Positions 54,047 to 64,000 of a DNA stretch of 64,000 bases are shown in pieces. A program made the translations under genes and the position numbers. Under the pieces are notes generated by a model, which was not told where the DNA came from, ran no database searches, and saw only the letters and a list, made by a program, of their open reading frames with translations. Numbering within the stretch: position 1 is the stretch's first letter; every line of letters begins with the position of its first letter. The DNA lies in NCBI RefSeq assembly GCF_036321535.1, contig NC_087436.1, positions 92,692,001 through 92,756,000 on the forward strand, in the 5' to 3' direction. Source of the stretch: Camelus dromedarius. Its lineage: Eukaryota.

Positions 54047-54474
54047 TTCCAGTAAGAAAGAAGAAAAAATACTGCAATTCATAATTGTACATTATAATTA
54101 TCTTTGAACATCAAGTTCAGAGATTTTTAAATATGATAAAATGTGGTATTAGAAACATAAAATACAATAATTAAAAATATAACTTCCAAAGTAAAATAAT
54201 TATGACACATTAAAAATACCTTGAAATTTTCAAAGTGCCAAATGTAGAGAAGGTACACTTATTGTTGGTATCATTAAAGGACTTTCTACTTTGTAAAAAG
54301 TACATTTATGAGCATCTTAATTTATCTTCATAACACTAAACAAACACTAATATTCCCATTTTACAGACAAAGAGGTTGCAACCTGGACAGGTGCAGCCTG
54401 TGGCAGACCTAGGATTAGAATCCAAGCCTCTTGACTCCAGAGCTAGTGCATCACCCTCTTCTACCCTCAGAACA

Positions 54475-55087
54475 CAGTCCATTCCCATTCGCTGTAGCTG
54501 TGTTCTGTAAAGTCACTGCACACACTGAATCAGCGAGTACTCCCAGGGGATTACAGAGCTCGGTTGCTGTAGGCCTCTGGTCACAACATTTTCATCAGCT
54601 GATCAATACATAACCTCATTTTAAGTATGTTTTTCTTTAAAGAGACCTAATTTAATATATAGTGTTGCTTGGGTAACATGGAATTCGCGGCCAACAGCAC
54701 CATAACTCACACCTGAACAAAGCTGATCTATCGTGCATTTTCTGCGTGAGGCACATCACAGCCTTTTTGAGCTTAGGAACACCAGACAGCACTTCAAGTC
54801 TGCATTTGGGGCCCCTTTGAAACAGTGAAATCACCAAGCCAAGAAAGCACAAAAATGCAAAAAAGTGACACTAAATAGACCATGGAAAGAATACTTGCTA
54901 TTGTATGAGAGCTGAAACAAGAAGGCAGCGTGTTACCTCATTCAGCCTCGGCCAGGAGTGTGTAAGTTCAGCTTTCTCATGATCTGCCCAAGTCTGCCAG
55001 CGATCACAGGCGCACCAGAGTTACAGATGCATTTAGCGAGTAGGCAAATTTGAAAATACAGAATCTGCAAATAATAAGGATCGACTA
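54475..55087. mobile_element. MER82-like Tigger element
   Basis: GTTCTGTAAAGTCACTGCACACACTGAATCAGCGA...GCCTCTGGTCACAACATTTTCATCA...GGCACATCACAGCCTTTTTG; end GAATCTGCAAATAATAAGGATCGACT. Confidence 0.8.
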
Positions 55088-58000
55088 TACTGGCTGAGGA
55101 GGCTACAAACTGGACGAGTAACCTTGGACTATGGATCCGCTCCTTTCAGTCCATGGTTGTCATTTTCTAAGTAAGAAGATTAAAATAAGCAAATCAGTGC
55201 CGGGTTTTGGATAACTAATTTTGCAAGAACAAAAAGCCTTTGGAGGAAACACGGTGTTGAGGTGTTCTCTCCACCCTCCACGCGCACACGTGCCCCGAGG
55301 TGCCTGTGGGAGGAGTCTCAGGTCGGCTGCTGGTCCTGAGAAACATATCGATCATATTTAATGTGGGGGTTCCAAGGAGAATGAAGAGACATAAATATGT
55401 TCTGAGTGAAAAATTAGAGTGAGTGATAGGAACAGAGAGGAATGAAGGACTGAGTTATTTTAGAATTTGGTGGAAGTCCTCACAACTCTTGCTGCGGCTG
55501 TGAGGGAGGCTGAGGGAGACAACAGCGTGAGCTAAAGAAGATGGCTTTGGAGTCAAACCTGGGTTTGGATTTCTGCTCCTGTTACTTGATAGCTGTGTTG
55601 TTTGGCAGATAACTTAACCATTCTGAGCCTCAGTTTGCCGTTTCTGTAAGTGAGGTCAATAGTACTATGGGAATGTTGGAAGTACTAAATTCGTTCAGTG
55701 TCAGCTGAGTGCCTGCAAGTTCTTCCAGGAAGCACTCAATAAAGAGCAACTTTAAGAAACAGAGAGGGGGAAACTGTTCTCGCCTGACAGTACGGAAATG
55801 GTTTTCTCATATTAGTGGCGGTGGTCTGACCTTGTAAAGAGGTAATATTCAATTAATTACCCAGCTTGGGAACCTCAGATCCATGACGCATCTCTCTCCC
55901 TACTTCATGTCAGTCTCCTCTCCTCTGATTCCACCTCACCCATATGCATCAGCGTGAGGTCCTCCTCCCTCTCCACTGCTTCACCCAGGCCTGTCTCGCA
56001 ACATGGACTCTTGCAACAGCCACTCAGCTCCTCCCAGACCCCACGCTCTCCCCACTGAAAGCCCCACGTCACCCACTGCTGCAAAGCCTCTGTTGGCTTC
56101 ATGTGGTCCGTGGAGTAAACTCCAGCACCCTCAGTGTGGCCCGTGATGTCCTTCACTATCTGAGTCTTCCTGTTCATTTTTGCAAACTCGCCCCTCAGAT
56201 CCCACCACACACCAAGGGTTCCACCCCACTGGACAGGTCGTGATCCTGAGCCACCGTGCGCTTGCTTCTCATCTTCCCTTAATTCCTGCTGTCCTTCCAA
56301 GCTAAGACTCCTTTTCCCCACTTGAGAAAGTCCTGTTCATGCTGCAGTACCCAGGTCAGGTGCCACTCTCCTCCGTAACAAACCCCTTCCCCAGTTCCTA
56401 GGCAGAATTAACCGCTTGCCATAGTACATCGTGCACGCTTCTGTTAAGTTAGTATCAGGGCAAGGTTTTACTCTGCTTGTCTGTCTCTCCCGGGGTCTTG
56501 ACACAGGAGGGGCAGGCCACATGGGTAAAGTCCCCAAGGACAGAAACTAAGTCAGAGTCATCCTCCCATCCCCATTCCCAGCCCAGTGTCCGGCATATTC
56601 TGTCAATACGTGTCAGTTAAACGGAGACAGGATGTTGTCATTATCAAGAGAATAACCGTGCTTCTGTAGGCTGAGTAATACTTAAAGCTCATTGTTTTAT
56701 TTCTAGATATTTATAATTCAGGAGCTTATACTTTATAGAGACGATGTGGATAGGACACTTAAAGACAATTTAAGCACACAGGTGGCATGGTCATGAGAGC
56801 AGTCAGTAATTTCAGTCTTCCCATAAAGTTGTACATGGTGTATTTTGAGATAAATGTTTTGAGTCTATAAGGACAATTAGATAGCAAAGTAGGTTAAATA
56901 ATGCTTTGAAGAACAAGAAGAGAAACTGATCAAGATGTTAATGCAGTGATCGGCCAGGAAGATTAGCCCCTCGAGACCCAAGTGCCCTTAACATGGGCAG
57001 AAACGGGATCAGAGCAGTTTTCCCTGGAAGAGCCTTGCCTAGCCGTCTCAGGCGTCTCAGGCGGTACAGCAGCCAGCTCTGCAGAGGCAGCAGAGTGGCC
57101 TCCGCAAGGAATCCACCACACTCCTGGCTGTGAGTGACGACAGCTCACATTGGGCAGTGTTTATGGGGTGCCTCCTGCTTTCCGTGTATTACTTCAGTTA
57201 GTCCTCACAGTGACTGTGTTCAGTGTGTAATTATCCTTGGTTTGCAGATGAGACAACGGAGGCTGGGAGAGGTTTTCACTTCCTAGGAACACACAGTTTG
57301 TAAGTGCCAGTCAGTACATGAAGGAAAAAAACGGTACCCAAGAGTTACATCAGGACCAATTCCCACACCTCTTTGTTGGTGAACTGTTACTATTATCAAT
57401 AGAATGTGCTGAAGCCCCTGTCTGTGTGGATTTTAGCTGACTGACCTGACTGTGACAAAAACAAGCCCTGCAGGCTGGGGGCATCTTGTTTCTGAGAGTA
57501 GCACATTCATCTGGATGTCTCAGGTACCCCATGGAATATCTGTCGTCCATTCCAGGATTGTCTGATTTGCATTTTAAAATGCTGTTGCATGGAGGGGGAA
57601 GAGTCACAAATACCAGTATCAGGATAGGTACTAGAGACCTGTTGGGTACCTTTATCTCCTGCCTTCCCCTTAATAGAAGTTTCTACAGTTGTTGGTTCCT
57701 CACTTATTTTCTCATTAAACCTACCAGATACATCTGACTTTCTTTTGCAGAAAGCTTAAGTGAATAAAGGAAACCTGCCTCATGGGTCTGAGGTGGTAGC
57801 TTCTCCATCAGCAAGAGGGACTTGCTGAAAATTCAGAAATTACACCACGAGACAGTTAGATGTGAAGTCCTCTGGGGCATCATTGGCTCCTTGAGGATCC
57901 TGCCCCGATCTCTCTCTTCCCTTCGAGGCTGAAGGAGCAAAGTCTGGCCTGGACGGCAAGCCTCTTGCATGGATCCCTGGCCGCTTGTTCCCCATCAGTG

Positions 58001-60176
58001 AGGGCCCCATGTCCTACTGGGAAATTCCTCAGCGTGTGCGCAGAGCTGTAGATGAACACAACAGACGGGCAAGAGGAGAGGAGGTCTTCCACGATCCCGC
58101 TCTCGCTGCCCCTGCTGTCTCCCGGGCAGGCAGCACGGCGTAGCTGTCGGGATGATACGTTTTTTCCCCCTTCATCCCCACTTTGATAGACACACTCCTT
58201 TCTCCACTTTCCAAACTGATTTGATTTTTTTTTTTTTTCACCGAAAAGATTTCACTTGTTTCTTCAACTTCCCCGTGTCAGTACTAGGCAGTTCTGCAGA
58301 ACCCGCAGTCAGGAGAGTCATTCCAGATCCCTAACAGCAGGGACACACTCTGACCCTGGGCTGGAGGGGGGCCTGGAGGCCTCTGCCATGGAAGGATCAG
58401 GGCTGGGGTTCAGCAGGGAGGGGCGTTACTCAGAGGGCTCAGGGCAGTGGCTAGTACGGTTTTTTAGCAACTAAATGTGAGCCTTGTCTTCAATCTTCTT
58501 GGCCTTCGGCCTAGAGCCCAGATACCAGCCTACAGGACACACTTGCCTTCGAGAGCCCTTTACACCCAGTAAATGCACATGAAATTCCATTTTCTTCTAG
58601 CATGTTTGAATCAGCTGGCCTTGCTCATAGTTTAACACTGCTGCCTAAATATTGGGGGTGTGGGGATAGGAGAGTGGTCTCCAAGCCCTTCCAGAGATAA
58701 ACAAGCAGCCCTGAAGGTCACATACAGCAAAGGAAGGGGAGATAACAGTTATGTAGACGTTCTTCAAACAGCTTTTAAGTTACTATAAAAACTTCTTAAA
58801 GCTGGTTTTTACAAGGATGATCAAGGATACAGTTAATAATAACTGCCCTAACCCTGTTACCAAAATATAGTCATTGTTGATTATTAACACTTTGATTTAC
58901 TTCTTTCCAGTCTCTTCTCTATGCACATAATTATTTTTAACATGGCTGAGGTCACACTGAATATTCAGTTTTGTAAGCATCTTTGTGCTGCACTTATACA
59001 TTTTTTCATAAACATATGTAAAATGTGAATAAGGTATCAAAAGAAGTTTCATTTAGATCCTCATCTGTCAGTGAGTATTTACACATTTTGCTAAAACTTC
59101 CAAACTAAATCCAGAGTAATGACTCGCACATGTCACTTGGCAAAGCAGTGACATCCGCAGTTGCATTGCTGCTGCTGGAGTCTTCATATTCAGCAGCGTG
59201 CAGAAGAGACTTAGACAGAAGTTAAACAGAGTCCCCAAGGCCACATAGTTAGTGAAAAGCCAGACCTCGACTGCAGACCTGTTTCCTGTCTGCATTAGCA
59301 TCTCAGGTCTTCTGCTTTTTTCCTGTAATCAATGCCCATTGCCAGGAGCTTCATTCTCACTCACTGTGGCATCAGTAAAGTGGGTTAGACCTTTAATAGG
59401 CTGGTGAAATTAGAGGTCCTTGATTGGTGTTATTAAACTTTGGTTTAACAAAAGTCCTACTTCAGACTGATACATATTTGCCTTCTTTTTGTTGACTTTT
59501 GTGGTTGTCCTTGAAAATGCTCCTTCAGTGTATTCAAATGACTGTACAAGAGTGGCCTTAAACACAGGTCTATAAAGACGTTATTTAAAAAAATTTTTTT
59601 TGGCAAGAAGAAAAATTTCCTAGCCTACTTCTACTAATTCTTATTCAAATTCTTCAAAAGGAAGTAGATGTACTTTTTGACTTGTTATGTTGCAATGTGA
59701 TGTCACCTAAAAAACAAGAGCTGCTAGCAGTGGATAAAGATGATGTCTTTAGTTTGCTATCTTAGAAAAATTTGGTGAGAAAAATGAAGTGAAGAAAGCT
59801 CAGTGGTGATACTTTAAAATTAGAGTTTAGGTTAAATATTTATTATTTTCTTTAATGTGACAAAAACATCTTAAGAAAACACACAGCCAAGATAGATAAT
59901 GACAATAATTTATATCAAGTAGGTTATTAACTGTGCTACCAAGACCTTTAAAAGCAACTAGTTAATACTCCCGAAAAAGCTCTAACATAAATCTTAAAAT
60001 GTAAGAATTATTTATGCAGTGGTGCAAAAAAAGTCAGGCTCTATGTTGGGTTAATATCTGTTCAGTTTTATTGTAATTATTCAATGATTCTGTAAAACTA
60101 CCTCAAAAAAAATAGTGCAGCAGTTAAGCAAATACATAATAACCAAATCTGAATTGGACCAGATCAGTTGAGTTTC

Positions 60177-60267
60177 TGTTTTTCTCTTTTTAATGGAGGT
60201 GCTGGGGATTGAACCCAGGACACCATGCATGCTAAGCATGTGCTCTACCACTGAGCTCCACCCACAC
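60177..60267 (-). mobile_element. tRNA-derived SINE (camelid Vic-1 type)
   Basis: Minus strand reads AGCTCAGTGGTAGAGCACATGCTTAGCATGCATGGTGTCCTGGGTTCAATCCCCAGCACCTCCATTAAAAA; perfect 12-bp TSD CAGTTGAGTTTC at 60165-60176 and 60268-60279. Confidence 0.92.
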
Positions 60268-60721
60268 CAGTTGAGTTTCCAGAGAGAGGAGAAGTGGGAC
60301 ACTTACCAGAAGAATTGTGTGGCCCAGCGTGTCCGTGTTGGGAAGCAGGTCTAAATTGCGTGGCTTGCTGCTTACTGACGAACTGGGAATGAACGTTAAC
60401 TGTTGATAAAAAACCAGTGAAACATTGGTTTTCAGTACTTTAATTTTGAAAAACACCATCGGGTGCTAATGTTACAGCTTGAGTCAAAGAAGACATGTCT
60501 CTTCTGTGGGTTGTTCAGTGTGATATCATTATTATTGACCCAAATTCTTCTTAGAGTACGTTTAACTTGAAAGTTTTCAATGAATTGTGCTGAGCCTAAA
60601 AAGTCTCCCCAAATCCTAGCATCTGTTCCATATTTACAAACCAAAATAACTACGGGTGTCAAATGAAAGAAGATTCTATTTCCTTTAGAAAATAAATCTT
60701 TTCTTTTGTTTTTTTTTTTAG

Positions 60722-60922
<201 letters not shown>

Positions 60923-62099
60923 TGAAAACGTAAATGTTATTCCATTTGGAATTTCCTTAAGATGAAGCGTCTTGATAGTTAACCCATGTATATACCAGAA
61001 CATACTAGCTAGCAAAACACATGGTTAACCCTGAGGTTACTGGGTGAGTATATATATATTCTGTAGAGAAAGATCCTACACCATGAAGATTCAACTCTGC
61101 TCTAAGGGGGAGAAAAAGAAATAGTTCAAATAGTGTGAGCAGGTCTCCCACCATTCTTTCGGCACAGAGGGGCCTGAAATGGGAGAACCAACCTGTCGTT
61201 CCGTCCGGCAAAGCCAGTGCTTGTTCCGGAATGCCCCTCACCCTGGGCATCTCCCACACAGAGTAAGATTCACCAGTGTTCAGATGGGTGTTTTCCAGAC
61301 AGTGGGGCCCCCAACATGGGCATTTTCTTCCTCCAGACCTCAGTGTCTTCCAGTGTGCAGGAGAAGTGACCTGTTTTGATAGTGATGATGTATCTGTGAA
61401 AACATGGTCCATTTTTACAGGATTTTTGAGGCTCGGTTTCAAGGATATGTTGTTTCCATCTTTTGGAGTTTAGAACCTAAATCCAGTGGAAGAGACAATT
61501 GCACTGTCCCTTCTGGGGTAATTAGTGCCTTGGGTTGATAACAGCAGGTCATGCTCTGTTTATGCAGTCAAGTTTTCTTCTTCTCTTGGCAGGGTGAGTT
61601 CTTCGTGCTGGTAACAATAGGATGCTGCCCCTCTCTCATCGTGTGGTCACATGTCCATTGACAGTCCCTGTATCTATTTAAAATCATCTTAAAATTCCAT
61701 CCTCAGGCCTACCATTTAGTAGATCCGACTGCACACTGTTGTTCCCGCCCTGACTGCATGCCTCTCCTGAGGAAGTACAAGAACACTCTGTGCTCCAGTT
61801 CTCTGTACATGAAGGAGACCAGAGGACCAAAGGAGATCGGTCTAGTGCAGGTTGAAACCCTCCCCATCACTTTGAGGAGCTGCTTCAGAGGTCTGCTCCT
61901 TGCTCCCAGCCCCCAGCCTCTCCCTAGTCCCACTACCCTCCCTGTCTTGAGTCAGCAAAGAGGTAAGAGATACCAAGCTGAACTCAGCCCGCTGAGTTCT
62001 GCCAGGGCCACCAGTCCACACCTGTTCTTTCACCCAGCACCGCCCCCCCGCTGCTAGGACTTTGTGCCCATCAGTTATTCCTTGTCTTGTGCGCTGATT

Positions 62100-63260
62100 T
62101 CTTCCCCGATGTTGGGTCGTTCCCCTGGGTGTCAGACACACCCTAGTCTTCCCACCCTGAAAGTCAGTGCTCCTTTGATTCTCCCTCCCTCCCTCAGTGA
62201 TTGTCTTTTCTTTTTCCTTCCATCACCCAGAGCACCCTCTCTTGGCACCTTCGTTCTGCACCACGACACATTCGCCCCTGAAAAGTTAGGCCCAGGTCTC
62301 ATCCCGATTGGCATCCCCTGTGCCTGTCATTGAAGGCACTTGCTGAATGGTGACCTCCTTCTTTTCGGTGATTAAACACTTGAAAGACTGGTCCATATTC
62401 ATTTCTCCACTCTCTCAGTGTTCATTTACTCTTCCACCTCCTGTAATTCGGCCCTGGCTCCACCTCCACTAATTAGCAGAATGCTCTGCAAGCCGCCCCA
62501 GCCCCAGCCGCTTCCCAGCTATCCAGTCCAGAGGCTTGTCTTCCAGCCCTCGGCATGCCCAGGGCCTTGCCCCTCCTCCAAGTGCTCTTTCTCTGGGCCT
62601 TAGTGTCAGGACTCTCTTCTGGTTCCTCGTGCTTTTCTTACTGTGCTTTAAGAAGTGTTCCATCCACTGTTCTCTGGAGTTGCACCATCCATCTTCTCTC
62701 TGCTGCCTTCTCCAGTCAGGTGTGTTCTCTGAACGTCACCTGTGTGTGGGTTAACAAGTCCCAGATCGAGATCTAGACCCCAGTCCCCAAGGCTCACCTC
62801 TAGATAAGTTCGTGTCCAGCTGCCTGACCAGAAGTGGAGTGCCCATGCACCTCGAACTCAGCGCTTTCGCCTCTGAAAATACCCATCCTTACTCCTAGTT
62901 CCTCTTCCCTAAATGCAACACCAGCCCGGGAGGAAACTCCCCAGGTGTCACGGACTCTTCCTCTTCCTCCTTCCTGACATCCACTCACTTCACAGCCACA
63001 TTGAATAGTCTCGACTCTAGTTCCCTCTCATCACATCCCACCTGGACTGGTGCAGTACATTCTTTCTTCTCTGTCCTGCACATTGAAAAGTTGTTTTTCT
63101 GAAACGCAGATCCAAAACAAATGACGCATACTTAAAAATCCCTTGATCACTCCCTAGGATAGGGTCCCCATTTCTTAACTTGACATTTCTGTTATACAAA
63201 AAGTACATCTAAAAAGCCCACTTCCTCCAAGAAGTTCTCCATGATTGCTCTCAGAGCACT
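62100..63260 (+). mobile_element. L2 fragment
   Basis: Pyrimidine-rich L2 body: CTCCCAGATC...CCAGCTGCCTG...CACCTCGAACTCAGC...GAAACTCCCCAGGTGTCA. Confidence 0.55.
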
Positions 63261-64000
63261 TTGTTCATGAGACTAATTCAGAAGTTACTTAAAAGTTAAT
63301 GCACACTTGGATCTTCCTTCTGGTTATGACTCTATGAAGACATTAAGTAAGTGCTGTTCACGTTGATTTTTTTTCTAAATGACTTGATAATAGGTCAGAG
63401 TTAGTAACCTTTTGGTGGCTAATTGAAGGGACTATGCAATCAGAATTCTATAAAAACATAAAATAGGAGCAATACCGACATTTCTTCCAGACAGGACTCT
63501 TTAAACTTCCCTTACCCATCATCATTTTTATTACTCTACTATTTTTTTGTCATTCAGGCAAACGAGCATCCTCTCTTTAGTATTATTTATCACATTCGAG
63601 TTCTTTTAGCTGTGCTAAAACTGTGTGATAAACCTCATTCATGACACAGAGCCATCTGAGATGTTTGGGGCAATAAATTACCTTCTTTCTTACTTTTTCT
63701 TTTTTTTTTTTTTTTTGAGAAAATGACCTCCAAATGGTATTTGTACATTTTGGAAGAGCTGTTGTGCCCTTCTATAGGAGGGACTGTTTAAAGATCGGAG
63801 AAGGCACCCTCCCTGGATTGCCAGCTCCCTCATCTCAAGTACCTCCCATCTTGAAATAGACTCAACTCTGGTTTTAGGGGTGAACTCTGAATTCGAGAAC
63901 AGGGTTCCCAGCTCTGCCTTTTGACCTGTTAGACCTGGGGAGAGGATTTAACTTCCTTGGCCAAACAGCCACAAGAATCCCTGAGGGAAAGCTGTTTTTA

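Noticed and set aside
60177..60267. Functional tRNA gene
   Set aside because: A-rich tail and 12-bp TSD identify it as a SINE

Overview
Mammalian genomic DNA, probably camelid (inferred from two tRNA-derived SINEs of the camelid Vic-1 type and artiodactyl-type L1 3' ends, with no Alu, Bov-tA/BovB or PRE1 seen). Positions 1 to ~41,700 are repeat-rich intergenic sequence (MIR, L2, L1, L3/CR1, MLT LTRs, hAT and Tigger fossils). A CpG island (~41.9-43.95 kb) marks the 5' end of BEND4 on the + strand. Three coding exons are present (42452-42929, 50028-50594, 60819-60910) with GT-AG boundaries and consistent phases; the BEN-domain exons lie beyond the window. The most unusual element is a ~10-copy, 24-27 bp minisatellite grown inside a MER2/Tigger MITE 5.6 kb upstream of the BEND4 ATG, which creates a tandem array of CpG-free YY1/REX1-type motifs (AAAATGGCTGC). 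Other points of interest: an out-of-frame upstream ATG giving a 235-codon overlapping ORF, a CxxC at the start of the BEND4 coiled coil, decoy/poison splice sites before the third coding exon, a twin-primed L1, and readable hAT transposase and CR1 RT fossils. Repeat family names and boundaries are by eye and from recalled consensus sequences, so they are approximate.
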